From Rhodoferax sp. (GTDB lineage Bacteria > Pseudomonadota > Gammaproteobacteria > Burkholderiales > Burkholderiaceae_C), in contig JAGRPL010000014.1 of assembly GCA_019449595.1 (NCBI GenBank), forward strand, positions 246,043-310,042: a stretch of DNA of 64,000 nucleotides, written 5' to 3'. How positions within the stretch are numbered: position 1 is the first letter of the stretch; each line of letters starts with the position of its first letter. The position numbers and the translations under genes were made by a program. The notes under the pieces are model-generated. The model was not told the DNA's origin, did no database searches, and saw nothing but the letters and a program-made list of their open reading frames with translations. Positions 18,365 to 31,447 of the stretch are shown here, piece by piece.

Positions 18365-20350
18365 ATGACCGGACTCGAAATCACGCTGCTCTACCTGCTG
18401 GCTGCCGTACTGGGGGTGGTGGTGTGCCGCTCGTTCAAGCTTCCGCCCATGCTGGGTTACCTGGCCGTAGGCGTCGTCATCGGTCCCCATGCCCTTGCGC
18501 TGTCCCAAAGCGCCGAGGGGGTGCGGCACCTGGGTGAGTTCGGCGTGGTGTTTCTCATGTTCGTCATCGGCCTGGAATTCAACCTGCCCAAGCTGCGAGC
18601 CATGCGCCGGCACGTCTTTGGGCTGGGCCTGCTGCAGGTTTCTGTGACCATGCTGGTAGCGACGCTCGCTACGCTGGGGCTGGCGGTCTGGATGCCGCAG
18701 CAGTGGAGCATGCCCTGGCAGGCTGCACTGGCCCTGTCTTCCGCCCTGGCCATGAGCAGCACCGCCATCGTGGTCAAACTCATGGTGGAACGGCTGGAAA
18801 TGGAGTCCGAGCACGGCAAGCGGGTCATGGGCATTTTGCTGTTCCAGGACCTGGCCGTGGTGCCGCTGCTGGTGCTGATTCCGGCGTTGGGGGCACCGGG
18901 CGAACAGCTGGTGAGCGCGCTGGCACTGGCAGCGCTCAAGGCGGTCGTGCTCATTACCGTGCTGATGGTGGGCGGGCAGCACGTGATGCGCCGCTGGCTG
19001 ACACTGGTGGCCCGGCGCAAGAGCGAAGAGCTGTTTGTGCTCAACCTGCTGTTCATCACCCTGGGGCTGGCCTGGCTGACCGAACTGGCGGGATTGAGCC
19101 TGGCGCTGGGCGCCTTCATTGCCGGCATGCTGATTTCGGAGACCGAGTACAAGCACCAGGTGGAGTCCGACATCCGGCCCTTCCATGACGTGCTGCTGGG
19201 CCTTTTCTTCATCAGCATCGGCATGCTGTTGGACTGGCGCCTGGTGCTGGCGCACTGGCCCCTGGTGCTGCTCTTGCTGGTGGTGCCCACCCTGTTCAAG
19301 GGCCTGCTGATTGCCGTGCTTTCCCGGGTGCTGGGCGCCAGTCCAGGCGTCTCCCTGCGCACCGGCCTGTACCTGGCGCAGGCCGGCGAGTTCGGTTTCG
19401 TGCTGCTCACGCTGGCCCAAGAAAATGCCCTGCTGCCACCGGCGTTGTTGAACCCCATTCTGGCGGGCATGGTGCTGTCCATGCTGGCGACGCCTTTCAT
19501 CGTGATGTACAGCAACCGCATCGTCCTCAAGCTCGTGGCCAGCGAATGGCTGCAGCAGTCATTGCAGATGACCACCATCGCACGCAAGTCCATCAACGCG
19601 AACCGGCACGTCATCATCTGTGGCTACGGACGTTGCGGGCAAAACCTGGCGCGCATGCTGGAGGGCGAAGGCATTCCCTACATGGCGCTGGACCTGGACC
19701 CCGACCGGGTGCGCCAAGCCACGGCCGCCGGCGATTCGGTGGTGTTTGGCGACGCCGCGCGCCTGCAGGCCCTGATGGCATCGGGCCTGGCGCGCGCCAG
19801 CGCGGTGGTCATCACCTACCTAGATGTACCGGGTGCACTGAAGGTGCTGAGTCACACCCACGCGCACGCGCCCCAGGTTCCGGTGATCGTGCGCACGCAG
19901 GACGACTTCAGTCTGGAGGTCCTGCGTGCGGCGGGCGCCACCGAGGTCGTTCCCGAAGCCATCGAAGGTTCACTGATGCTGGCCAGCCACGCCCTGGCGC
20001 TGGTCGGGGTCCCCATGCGGCGGGTGATCCGCATCGTGCAGGAGCAGCGGGATGCCCGCTACAAGCTGCTACGGGGCTTCTTCCACGGGGCCGATGACAA
20101 TTCCCTAGACGAATTGCAGAACGAGCGGCTGGCATCGGTCACGCTGGCGCCCGGCGCCCAGGCAATCGGCAGCACCCTGGCGGAACTGGAACTGCAGCTC
20201 CTGGAAGTGCGGGTCATCAGCCTGCGGCGCAGCAATGGCAAGACCGTCGCTGCGCCGGAAAGCGCCGTGCTGCAGGAAGGCGACACGCTGGTGCTCTCCG
20301 GCAGGGCCGAGCCGCTGGCCGTGGCCGAACAGAATCTGGGCCGGAGCTAG
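18365..20350 (+). CDS. Monovalent cation:proton antiporter-2 (CPA2) family K+ efflux protein, KefB/YbaL-like
   Basis: Na+/H+ exchanger membrane domain followed by a TrkA-N domain ('VIICGYGRCGQ') and a C-terminal TrkA-C domain. Confidence 0.85.
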   Translation: MTGLEITLLYLLAAVLGVVVCRSFKLPPMLGYLAVGVVIGPHALALSQSAEGVRHLGEFGVVFLMFVIGLEFNLPKLRAMRRHVFGLGLLQVSVTMLVATLATLGLAVWMPQQWSMPWQAALALSSALAMSSTAIVVKLMVERLEMESEHGKRVMGILLFQDLAVVPLLVLIPALGAPGEQLVSALALAALKAVVLITVLMVGGQHVMRRWLTLVARRKSEELFVLNLLFITLGLAWLTELAGLSLALGAFIAGMLISETEYKHQVESDIRPFHDVLLGLFFISIGMLLDWRLVLAHWPLVLLLLVVPTLFKGLLIAVLSRVLGASPGVSLRTGLYLAQAGEFGFVLLTLAQENALLPPALLNPILAGMVLSMLATPFIVMYSNRIVLKLVASEWLQQSLQMTTIARKSINANRHVIICGYGRCGQNLARMLEGEGIPYMALDLDPDRVRQATAAGDSVVFGDAARLQALMASGLARASAVVITYLDVPGALKVLSHTHAHAPQVPVIVRTQDDFSLEVLRAAGATEVVPEAIEGSLMLASHALALVGVPMRRVIRIVQEQRDARYKLLRGFFHGADDNSLDELQNERLASVTLAPGAQAIGSTLAELELQLLEVRVISLRRSNGKTVAAPESAVLQEGDTLVLSGRAEPLAVAEQNLGRS

Positions 20351-20424
20351 GCAGCGTGTGGCCATCCCGTGGAGGCACAATAGCGCCTGGGCGCGCCTTG
20401 TGGCCGACTTTTCCCGGATGACCC

Positions 20425-20979
20425 ATGCAACACCTCAGCGTTAATCAGTACCTACGAGACCACATTCGCACCGTGCCGGACTGGCCCACGCCGGGCGTGC
20501 AATTCCGCGACATCACGCCCCTGCTGCAGGATGCCAAGGTGTTCCGCGTCTTGATAGATGCCTTTGTGCACCGGTATATGGACCCCGCCAGACGTCCTGA
20601 TGTGGTAGCCGGTCTGGATGCCCGAGGCTTCATTCTGGGGGCCGTCGTGGCCTACGAGCTCAACATCGGCTTCGTCCCCATCCGCAAGAAAGGCAAATTG
20701 CCGTTCACCACCGTGGAGGAGACCTACGAACTGGAATACGGCAGTGCCACCGTGGAACTGCACACCGATGCCGTCAAGGCCGGTGACCGGGTCCTGTTGA
20801 TTGACGATCTGATTGCCACCGGCGGCACCATGATGGCCGGCAAAAAGCTGCTGGAGCGCCTGGGTGCCCACGTGATGGAAGGCGCCGCCATTGTGGACTT
20901 GCCCGAACTGGGGGGCTCGCAAAAGCTCCGGGACGGCGGGCTGCCCCTGTTCACCCTGGTGGATTTCGAGGGCCACTGA
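20425..20979 (+). CDS. apt: Adenine phosphoribosyltransferase
   Basis: '[13 protein letters not shown]' and the PRPP motif '[13 protein letters not shown]'. Confidence 0.92.
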   Translation: MQHLSVNQYLRDHIRTVPDWPTPGVQFRDITPLLQDAKVFRVLIDAFVHRYMDPARRPDVVAGLDARGFILGAVVAYELNIGFVPIRKKGKLPFTTVEETYELEYGSATVELHTDAVKAGDRVLLIDDLIATGGTMMAGKKLLERLGAHVMEGAAIVDLPELGGSQKLRDGGLPLFTLVDFEGH

Positions 20980-21012
20980 CTCAGCCCCGCCGGTCCGTAA
21001 CGCGCCGACGGA

Positions 21013-21696
21013 CTAATTCAGGTCGCCGTACTGGGTGCTGCTCAAGGGCAACGCGCGATCGTCCACCTGCGTTTCCTGGAACTCGGGTTGGGGTGCCGGA
21101 TTGCGGCGCTTGGAGCGGATGATTTCGCCCGGAGCCGACAGCGGCACGGAAGGCGCAACGGAAGCCAGTGCCTGCTTGAAAGCCGCCACCTCATCGGCCT
21201 GCAACGGCTCGTAGCCCGGCTTGGGATGTGCATCAGACGCCACCGGCGCAGCTGCGCGCGCAGGCGCCGCGGCCTGCTGATTCAGGCGCCAGTACACCGC
21301 CGTGACCAGAATATCGTGGCGGGCTTTTGCGTATTGGGCGATCAGCCCTTCCATTTCGGCCAGCCTGCTGACCTCGCCGGCGTGCGAGCCCGCGAGGTCC
21401 ATCATGATCATGTACTGGCGTCCCCGCGAGTCCAGCGACAGCACCTTGAATTTGTAGCTCGAAGACAACACTCCGGCCTTGGTCATGGAGTCGCGCACCA
21501 CGGCGTACAGCAACTCCCGCTGCTGCAGACGTTCGCTTTTGCGGCTGGCGGCGGCACTCGACTGCACCCCATGTGCCAGATCCCGGGATGAGGAATGAAA
21601 CGGCGGCACCCCGTCGGTGTGACCCAGCCCCGAGCTGTCAACACCATCGTGCGGCTTGACTTCCACCTTCTTGCGAAACCACGGGATCAGCGCCAT
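21013..21696 (-). CDS. Hypothetical protein (227 aa)
   Basis: Long ORF with normal GC, co-oriented with and upstream of mnmE. No recognisable motif. Confidence 0.5.
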   Translation of the reverse strand: MALIPWFRKKVEVKPHDGVDSSGLGHTDGVPPFHSSSRDLAHGVQSSAAASRKSERLQQRELLYAVVRDSMTKAGVLSSSYKFKVLSLDSRGRQYMIMMDLAGSHAGEVSRLAEMEGLIAQYAKARHDILVTAVYWRLNQQAAAPARAAAPVASDAHPKPGYEPLQADEVAAFKQALASVAPSVPLSAPGEIIRSKRRNPAPQPEFQETQVDDRALPLSSTQYGDLN

Positions 21697-21745
21697 TGTT
21701 CTTTACTTCCTGATTCAACGATGGAAACAGTGTAAAGCAGACGAT

Positions 21746-23155
21746 TTACTTGCCGATGCAGAATTTCGAAAAAATGACGCCCAGCAAATCGTCCGGCGTG
21801 AATTCGCCCGTGATTTCACTCAATGCGTTCTGCGCCAGGCGCAGCTCTTCCGCCAGCAGATCCAGTGCCTGGGCCTGTGCGCCCAGGTGCGCCTGTGCCT
21901 CCATCAGATGGGCATCCACCCGGCGCAGGGCCTGCAAATGGCGCTCGCGGGCCATGAATACCCCGCCCGCCGGCGCCTGCTGCCAGCCCGCGACCTCCAG
22001 CAAACGGTGGCGCAGTCGGTCCAGCCCGCTACCCGTGCGGGCCGACAGCGCCAAGCCGGTCGCCGGCACAGCGCCGGATACGGCATCGGCCTTGTTCCAG
22101 ATATCGATGACCGGCACATTTTTAGGGAGTTTTTCGGCCAAAACGCCCGCAATGGCTGCGTCATCAGCTATGTAATTGATAGCATCTGCACGGGTGAGGT
22201 CGTGCAGGAAGACAACGGCATCGGCACCCTCTATGGCCTCCCAGGCACGGGCAATACCGATCTGTTCCACCGCATCGTTGCTTTCACGCAACCCTGCCGT
22301 GTCCACGATATGGATGGGCACACCCTCGATCTGGATGGTTTCCTGCACCTTGTCGCGCGTGGTGCCGGCAATGGGCGTCACGATGGCCAGCTCGGCACCG
22401 GCCAGCGCGTTGAGCAGGGACGACTTGCCCGCATTGGGCTGGCCCGCAATCACTACCTTGATGCCCTCGCGCAGCAACACCCCCTGGGAAGCCTTTTGCA
22501 TGACCGCATGCAGACCGTCTTGCAGCCGGTCCAGCTGTCCCCGAGCGTCCGATTGCTGCAGGAAGTCGATTTCTTCCTCCGGAAAATCAAGCGTGGCTTC
22601 GACCAACATGCGCAGGTGGATGAGGGCATCCCGCAGGGCGTGGATCTCGCGCGAGAACGCCCCCGACAAGGACTGCGTGGCGCTGCGTGCCGCCGCCTCC
22701 GTGCTGGCGTCAATCAGGTCGGCAATGGCTTCGGCCTGCGCCAGGTCGATCTTGTCGTTCAGAAACGCGCGCTCGGTGAACTCGCCCGGCTGGGCCAAGC
22801 GCAGGCCGGGCAGGCAGGCCTGTCCGGTGGCCGGGTCCGGCTGGGCTGCGGCTTCCAGGCAACGCGCCAGCAGCAGCTGGAGCACCACCGGCCCGCCGTG
22901 GGCCTGCAGCTCCAGCACGTCTTCCCCGGTGAAGGAGTGGGGCCCCGGGAAATAGAGCGCCAATCCCTGATCGATGGGAACGCCGGCGCGGTCACAAAAA
23001 GGCAGGTAGGTGGCCTCACGGGGCCGCAGCGCCCGGCCCACCAGCTGCTGCACCAGCGCGTCCAGCCGCTTGCCGCTGACGCGCACCATGCCAACCGCCC
23101 CGCGCCCCGGCGCGGTGGCAATGGCCACAATGGGTTGGCTGTTACGGGTCAGCAT
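21746..23155 (-). CDS. mnmE: tRNA uridine-5-carboxymethylaminomethyl modification GTPase
   Basis: G-domain '[12 protein letters not shown]', 'DTAGLR' and 'NKAD', with the C-terminal 'CIGK'. Confidence 0.95.
   Translation of the reverse strand: MLTRNSQPIVAIATAPGRGAVGMVRVSGKRLDALVQQLVGRALRPREATYLPFCDRAGVPIDQGLALYFPGPHSFTGEDVLELQAHGGPVVLQLLLARCLEAAAQPDPATGQACLPGLRLAQPGEFTERAFLNDKIDLAQAEAIADLIDASTEAAARSATQSLSGAFSREIHALRDALIHLRMLVEATLDFPEEEIDFLQQSDARGQLDRLQDGLHAVMQKASQGVLLREGIKVVIAGQPNAGKSSLLNALAGAELAIVTPIAGTTRDKVQETIQIEGVPIHIVDTAGLRESNDAVEQIGIARAWEAIEGADAVVFLHDLTRADAINYIADDAAIAGVLAEKLPKNVPVIDIWNKADAVSGAVPATGLALSARTGSGLDRLRHRLLEVAGWQQAPAGGVFMARERHLQALRRVDAHLMEAQAHLGAQAQALDLLAEELRLAQNALSEITGEFTPDDLLGVIFSKFCIGK
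22166..22186. repeat. AT-rich palindromic motif copy (inside mnmE coding sequence)
   Basis: 'AGCTAT-gtaattg-ATAGCATC'. Confidence 0.5.
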
Positions 23156-23180
23156 GGCAAGCGTTCAAGGCCCAAAGGTC

Positions 23181-23203
23181 AAGGGCCGCAATCAGCGGCC
23201 CTT
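23181..23203 (-). terminator. Stem-loop between yidC and mnmE (weak terminator/attenuator)
   Basis: The minus strand reads 'aagggccgc-tgatt-gcggccctt' followed by 'gaccttt'. Confidence 0.35.
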
Positions 23204-23210
23204 GTTTCGT

Positions 23211-24929
23211 TTAGCGGAACTTCGGCAGATTGAACTGCGGCGGCACACCCATGCGGGTGTTGATGACCCACTGCTGCAGGATGGACAAAGTGTTGTTGGT
23301 AATCCAGTACAGCACCAGGCCCGCCGGGAAGAAGAAGAACATCACGCTGAAGATCAGTGGCATGAACCACATCATCTTGGCCTGGATCGGGTCCGGCGGC
23401 GTCGGGTTCAGCGCCGTCTGCAGCAGGCTGGTGGCCGTCATGATCAGCGGCAGGATGTAGAAGGGGTCCGGCGAGGACAGATCCTTGATCCACAGCATCC
23501 AGGGCGTATTGCGCATCTCCACGCTGGAGAGCAGCACCCAGTACAAGGCAATGAACACCGGAATCTGGATCATGATGGGGAAGCAGCCTCCCATGGGATT
23601 GACCTTCTCCTCCCGGTAGATGCGCATCATCTCCTGCTGCATCTGCTGCGGGTTGTCCTTCAGGCGCGCGCGCATTTCCGTGATCTTGGGGTTGACCGCC
23701 TTCATCTTGGCCATGCTGGCATAGGCCTTGGCATTGAGCCAGTAGAAAGCCACCTTGAGCAGCACCACCAGCGCCACGATGGACCAGCCCCAGTTCTGGA
23801 TGAAACCGTGCAGCTTGTCGAGCAGCCAGTACAGCGGCTTGGCCAGAATGGTCAGCCAGCCGTAGTCTTTGACCAGCTCCAGGCCGGGGGTCAGGGCCGC
23901 CAGCATTTTTTCTTCCTGCGGACCGGCAAAAAACTTGGCGTCCACCGCCTTGGTGGCGCCCGGCGCAATGGACTCCACAGGCGTCATCATGGTGGCGCGG
24001 TAGCAGCAGTCGGCCACCCGGGACCCGATATCCACGCCGTCCAGTGAAATGGTGCGCTGCACGCCTTCGGGCAAGATCCAGGCACTGGCGAAATAGTGCT
24101 GCACCATGGCAACGTAGCCATTGTTGGATTGCTTTTCGTACTCGGCGGTGTTCTTCTTGATCTTGGCGAACTCAACCTTCTGGTACTTCTTGGCATCGGT
24201 GTACACCGCGGGCCCGGTGAAGGTGGAATAGAACGACGACTCGCCCGGCGGCTTGTTGCCGTCGCGCACCAGCTGCAGGTATAACTGCGGGGCAATGGGC
24301 GCCGCCGAGACGTTGGTCAGCTCATGCTTGACGGCGATATCGTAGGCGCCGCGGCGGACGGTGTATGTCTTGACCAGCTTGATGCCCCCGACGTCGGCCG
24401 AGGTGAACTTGATGACCAGCTCGTCCTGCCCGTCTTTCAGGGTGCGCTCACCAGTGACCGACATGGGCGTCTTGTGCGTGGGGAACGCCCCGGCGGCCGC
24501 GCTGCTGCCAATGACACCGGTCTGCGCCAGGTAGACGCGGTCCTTGGTGTCGTCGAGCAGTACAAAGTTGCGGGATTTGTCGGCCATGTCGGCATGCTTG
24601 AGGAACTCGGTGCGCACCAGCGAACCACCCTCGGTGTCGAACGTCAGCTTCAACACGTCCGTTGTCACGTCAAAGCGCTCCTTGGGCGCAGCGGGGGCCG
24701 AGACCGGCACAGCGGGCACCACTGCGGGCTGGCCGGCGGCAACTGGCACGCCCGCCTCCACGCTGGCGGGCTTGGTTTCGAGCGCGGTGGCTGACGCCGG
24801 CGCCGTCTGCTGGGTCGCGCTGGGGAAAAACGTGGCTTTCCTGCCGTTATGCACCTGCCACTGGTCCCACAGCAAAACCATGGAAAAACCAAAGATCACC
24901 CACAAAATGGTGCGGCGAATATCGTTCAT
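23211..24929 (-). CDS. yidC: Membrane protein insertase YidC
   Basis: 572 aa with 'GWSIVALVVLLK', 'GGCFPIMIQIPVFIALY' and 'FFFFPAGLVLYW'. Confidence 0.95.
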   Translation of the reverse strand: MNDIRRTILWVIFGFSMVLLWDQWQVHNGRKATFFPSATQQTAPASATALETKPASVEAGVPVAAGQPAVVPAVPVSAPAAPKERFDVTTDVLKLTFDTEGGSLVRTEFLKHADMADKSRNFVLLDDTKDRVYLAQTGVIGSSAAAGAFPTHKTPMSVTGERTLKDGQDELVIKFTSADVGGIKLVKTYTVRRGAYDIAVKHELTNVSAAPIAPQLYLQLVRDGNKPPGESSFYSTFTGPAVYTDAKKYQKVEFAKIKKNTAEYEKQSNNGYVAMVQHYFASAWILPEGVQRTISLDGVDIGSRVADCCYRATMMTPVESIAPGATKAVDAKFFAGPQEEKMLAALTPGLELVKDYGWLTILAKPLYWLLDKLHGFIQNWGWSIVALVVLLKVAFYWLNAKAYASMAKMKAVNPKITEMRARLKDNPQQMQQEMMRIYREEKVNPMGGCFPIMIQIPVFIALYWVLLSSVEMRNTPWMLWIKDLSSPDPFYILPLIMTATSLLQTALNPTPPDPIQAKMMWFMPLIFSVMFFFFPAGLVLYWITNNTLSILQQWVINTRMGVPPQFNLPKFR

Positions 24930-25198
24930 GAGGGTTTCTTTTCAGAGGAAGAAGAGAGCAGCCGGGTAAACAGCCGGGGAGATTCTGCGGGAACAGGGTC
25001 GTGCCCACCCGCACACCAGGGATGGCAACGCAGGATGCGGGACGCCGTCAGGTAACTGCCCGCCGCCGCACCGTGCACCTGCAGGGCCTGCAGGGCGTAT
25101 GCCGAGCAGGTCGGCTCAAACCGGCAGGCCGAACCCAGCCACGGGCTGAGAAACAACCGGTAGGCCTTGACTATACCGATGAGCAGAGGGCGCATCAT
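24926..25198 (-). CDS. yidD: Membrane protein insertion efficiency factor YidD
   Basis: 'YRLFLSPWLGSACRFEPTCSAYA...RILRCHPW'. Confidence 0.9.
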   Translation of the reverse strand: MMRPLLIGIVKAYRLFLSPWLGSACRFEPTCSAYALQALQVHGAAAGSYLTASRILRCHPWCAGGHDPVPAESPRLFTRLLSSSSEKKPS

Positions 25199-25611
25199 GG
25201 CGAAGGTGCCGCCGCCCGGGGCGACTGGGCACGGACAAACAGCTGCTGCAACTCGGCGCGCACAGCCGCCTTGAGCACATCGGATGTCGCACTGACGAAT
25301 TGCGAACGGTCAAACCCCGCACGCAACCTCACGAGGTGCGCACGTTCCGACAAAACCGATTCGAATTCAGCACTCACGTGGTAGATCTGGCGTTTGATGG
25401 CATTGCGGGTCACGGCGCGCTTGGCCCACCGCTTGGGCACCATGGCACCCAACCACACCCCGCGCACGGGGAACAGGGCCGGCAACACCAAGCCCTGAGC
25501 CGCCGAGGGCTGCTCCAGAGTACAGCTATGCAAGGCGAAGTGCGCCGTTCGGGCGAGTGTACTACCAGCCAAAACAGCCTGAAACTGGGGCCGCGTCTTC
25601 AGTCGTTGCAC
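25195..25611 (-). CDS. rnpA: Ribonuclease P protein component
   Basis: Its position between rpmH and yidD, its basic composition and 'AVTRNAIKRQIY'. Confidence 0.85.
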   Translation of the reverse strand: MQRLKTRPQFQAVLAGSTLARTAHFALHSCTLEQPSAAQGLVLPALFPVRGVWLGAMVPKRWAKRAVTRNAIKRQIYHVSAEFESVLSERAHLVRLRAGFDRSQFVSATSDVLKAAVRAELQQLFVRAQSPRAAAPSP

Positions 25612-25686
25612 GCCAGAACCACACCAAGGCTACGAAGCCGGCAGGGCACGGATCGGCATGTGCTGGGAGCTACCCGCAGACCACGC

Positions 25687-25821
25687 TTAGACAGCCAGAC
25701 GCTTGCGACCCTTGGCGCGACGTGCGTTGATGACAGCGCGACCGCCACGGGTCTTCATGCGCACCAGGAAACCATGGGTGCGTGCGCGGCGGATTTTGGA
25801 GGGCTGGTATGTGCGTTTCAT
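25687..25821 (-). CDS. rpmH: 50S ribosomal protein L34
   Basis: Hand translation of the minus strand gives '[44 protein letters not shown]'. It is absent from the ORF track because it is shorter than 60 aa. Confidence 0.95.
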   Translation of the reverse strand: MKRTYQPSKIRRARTHGFLVRMKTRGGRAVINARRAKGRKRLAV

Positions 25822-25998
25822 GTGGAATTCCTAATAGGCTCAGTTTCGATCCAACAGCTTTCAAAAAGGCGGATCACGGTCAAATCGCCCCGAACACAAT
25901 CAGGGGAACCACGGATTATCGCAAACTTTCTCAAGCAGGGCAACACCTTACGTCGGAAACACGGCGTACTGCTGTAACTCGCAAGCAATCCGCCAGGT

Positions 25999-26056
25999 TG
26001 TGGATAAGGGTTTGATAAATTACAATTCGGGGCACAGCATTTAATAACTATCCACA
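25999..26056. promoter_or_regulatory. Two DnaA boxes in the dnaA promoter region
   Basis: 'TGTGGATAA' at 25999-26007 is a perfect reverse-orientation box. 'CTATCCACA' at 26048-26056 matches 8/9 of the consensus. A moderately AT-rich spacer lies between them. Confidence 0.7.
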
Positions 26057-26072
26057 GAAGCTGACAAGAATA

Positions 26073-27485
26073 ATGCCCGAGGGACACCCATCCAAATCCG
26101 CCGCATCGGCGGGGCTCGATATCGGCCAGAGCCTCTGGCAGAGCTGCGTTGACCAACTGGCCCAGGAGTTGCCCGAACAGCAATTCAACACCTGGATCAA
26201 ACCCCTGACCGCCCAGGTGCTGGACGACTTCTCCAAGGTCACCATTTTTGTTGCCAACCGCTTCAAGCTTGACTGGGTTCGCGCCCAGTACAGCGGCCGT
26301 ATTGCGGCCATGCTGGAGAAGCTGTACGGTCAGCCGGTATTGGTGGAGTTAGCAATCACTCCGCGAGACGCCACCGCCAAGGTTACTTTTGTGCAACAGG
26401 CATCCGAAATGATCCCGGCGGAAGAAAGCGCAGTGCCCGGCGAAATCGCCAGCCCTGGTCTGCCCAAGAACCGCCTCAACGGGATGCTGACCTTTGAGAA
26501 CCTGGTAGAAGGCACTGCCAACCGCATGGCGCGTGCCGCAGCCATGCACGTGGCCTCCATGCCGGGGCATCTGTACAACCCGCTGTTCATCTACGGCGGC
26601 GTCGGTCTGGGCAAGACCCACCTGATGCACGCCATCGGCAACCGGCTGCTGGCCGACAGGCCCAACGCCAAAGTTCTCTACATCCATGCTGAACAGTTTG
26701 TCTCGGATGTGGTTAAGGCCTACCAGCGCAAGACTTTTGACGAGTTCAAGGACCGCTACCACTCCCTGGATTTGCTGCTGATTGACGATGTGCAGTTCTT
26801 TGCCAACAAGGACCGCACCCAGGAAGAGTTCTTCAACGCCTTTGAGGCGCTGCTGGCCAAGAAGTCCCACATTGTGATGACCAGCGACACCTACCCCAAG
26901 GGGCTGACCGACATCCACGAACGCCTGGTATCGCGTTTCGACTCCGGGCTGACGGTGGCCATCGAGCCACCCGAACTGGAGATGCGGGTGGCCATCCTGA
27001 TCAACAAGGCGCGCATGGAGGGCTCCGACATGCCCGAGGAGGTGGCCTTCTTCGTCGCCAAGAACGTGCGCTCCAACGTGCGGGAACTGGAAGGCGCACT
27101 GCGCAAGATCCTGGCCTACTCCCGCTTCAACCAGAAAGAGATCTCCATCCAGCTGGCCCGGGAAGCCCTGCGCGACCTGCTGTCCATCCAGAACCGGCAG
27201 ATTTCGGTGGAAAACATCCAGAAAACGGTGGCCGACTACTACAAGATCAAGGTCGCCGACATGTACAGCAAGAAGCGTCCGGCCAGCATTGCCCGGCCGC
27301 GCCAGATTGCCATGTACCTGGCCAAGGAGCTGACCCAGAAGAGCCTCCCCGAAATTGGCGAACTGTTTGGCGGGCGCGACCACACCACCGTGTTGCACGC
27401 CGTGCGGAAAATCGGGGGCGAACGCCAACAGATGACCGAACTCAACCAGCAGTTGCACGTGCTGGAGCAGACACTGAAAGGCTGA
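26073..27485 (+). CDS. dnaA: Chromosomal replication initiator protein DnaA
   Basis: '[23 protein letters not shown]', 'LLIDDVQFF' and the C-terminal 'DHTTVLHA'. Confidence 0.97.
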   Translation: MPEGHPSKSAASAGLDIGQSLWQSCVDQLAQELPEQQFNTWIKPLTAQVLDDFSKVTIFVANRFKLDWVRAQYSGRIAAMLEKLYGQPVLVELAITPRDATAKVTFVQQASEMIPAEESAVPGEIASPGLPKNRLNGMLTFENLVEGTANRMARAAAMHVASMPGHLYNPLFIYGGVGLGKTHLMHAIGNRLLADRPNAKVLYIHAEQFVSDVVKAYQRKTFDEFKDRYHSLDLLLIDDVQFFANKDRTQEEFFNAFEALLAKKSHIVMTSDTYPKGLTDIHERLVSRFDSGLTVAIEPPELEMRVAILINKARMEGSDMPEEVAFFVAKNVRSNVRELEGALRKILAYSRFNQKEISIQLAREALRDLLSIQNRQISVENIQKTVADYYKIKVADMYSKKRPASIARPRQIAMYLAKELTQKSLPEIGELFGGRDHTTVLHAVRKIGGERQQMTELNQQLHVLEQTLKG

Positions 27486-27611
27486 CCGCGAATAAAACGC
27501 CAGAGCCCCCAAGTGCACGATGAAAAAAAGGGAAAATGGCAGGATTTATTAGAAAAAGACCGGGGGAGGCGACTTCCGGGGGAAACGACAGTTATTTAAG
27601 AAGAGGTTGAC

Positions 27612-28718
27612 ATGATCGTATTGAAGGCAACGCAAGACAAAGTCCTATCGGTTCTGCAATCCGTAGCCGGTATTGTTGAGCGCCGCCACACGCTGCCCAT
27701 CCTGGCCAACGTACTGCTGCGCAAAACGGGAACGTCACTGCAGGTGACCACCAGCGACCTTGAAATCCAGATCCGCACCACAGCCGAGCTGGGTGGCGAT
27801 ACGGGCAACTTCACCACCACCATTGGCGCGCGCAAGCTGATCGACATCTTGCGCACCATGCCTGCCGACCAGACCGTGTCACTGGAGTCCAGCCAGAGCA
27901 AGATCATCGTCAAGGGCGGCAAGAGCAAGTTCACGCTGCAGACCATGGCGGCAGAGGACTTCCCGCTGGTGCAGGAGTCGGCCAATTTCGGTCCCGCCTT
28001 CAGCGTGCCGCAAAAGACGCTCAAGGGCCTGCTCGACCAGGTGTCCTTTGCCATGGCCGTACACGACATCCGTTACTACCTCAACGGCATCCTGTTTGTC
28101 GCCGAAGGCAAGCAGCTCAGCCTGGTGGCTACCGACGGCCACCGCCTGGCTTTCGCCTCTGCCACACTGGACGTGGAAGTTCCCAAGCAGGAAGTGATCC
28201 TGCCGCGCAAGACCGTGGTCGAGCTGCAGCGCCTGCTGAGCGACGCCGAAGGGGCCATTGAAATGCAGTTTGCGAACAACCAGGCCAAATTCATCTTTGA
28301 CGGCATGGAATTCGTGACCAAGCTGGTTGAGGGCAAATTCCCCGACTACAACCGCGTCATCCCCAAGAACCACAAGAACAGCATCACGCTGGGCCGCGAC
28401 GCCCTGCTCAAGACGCTGCAGCGCACCGCCATCCTGACCAGCGACAAATTCAAGGGCGTGCGCCTGAACATCGATCCCGGCAGCCTGCGTGTGGCATCCA
28501 ACAATGCCGAGCAGGAAGAGGCCGTGGACGAGCTCGACATCGACTACAGCGGTGACAGCATCGAAATCGGGTTCAACGTCACCTACCTCATCGACGCGCT
28601 TGCCAACATGAGCCAGGAAATGGTGAAGCTGGAATTGTCAGACGGCAACAGCTCGGCGCTCTTCACCATCCCCGACAACGCCACGTTCAAATACGTGGTG
28701 ATGCCGATGCGAATTTAA
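27612..28718 (+). CDS. dnaN: DNA polymerase III beta sliding clamp
   Basis: 368 aa with 'LPILANVLL', 'ATDGHRLA' and the C-terminal 'VVMPMRI'. Confidence 0.97.
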   Translation: MIVLKATQDKVLSVLQSVAGIVERRHTLPILANVLLRKTGTSLQVTTSDLEIQIRTTAELGGDTGNFTTTIGARKLIDILRTMPADQTVSLESSQSKIIVKGGKSKFTLQTMAAEDFPLVQESANFGPAFSVPQKTLKGLLDQVSFAMAVHDIRYYLNGILFVAEGKQLSLVATDGHRLAFASATLDVEVPKQEVILPRKTVVELQRLLSDAEGAIEMQFANNQAKFIFDGMEFVTKLVEGKFPDYNRVIPKNHKNSITLGRDALLKTLQRTAILTSDKFKGVRLNIDPGSLRVASNNAEQEEAVDELDIDYSGDSIEIGFNVTYLIDALANMSQEMVKLELSDGNSSALFTIPDNATFKYVVMPMRI

Positions 28719-28747
28719 GGCTGCCAGACCGCCGCGCTGCATGACGC

Positions 28748-28770
28748 AAACCCCCGACCTTCGGGGGTTT
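28748..28770 (+). terminator. Stem-loop downstream of dnaN
   Basis: 'aaaccccc-gaccttc-gggggttt'. The T-tract is short. Confidence 0.45.
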
Positions 28771-28808
28771 GGTCATTCCAGAGATTGATATTTTTTGCGA
28801 ATTTGTGA

Positions 28809-31424
<2,616 letters not shown>

Positions 31425-31447
31425 TTGCACCGCGCAGGAATCCGGGC

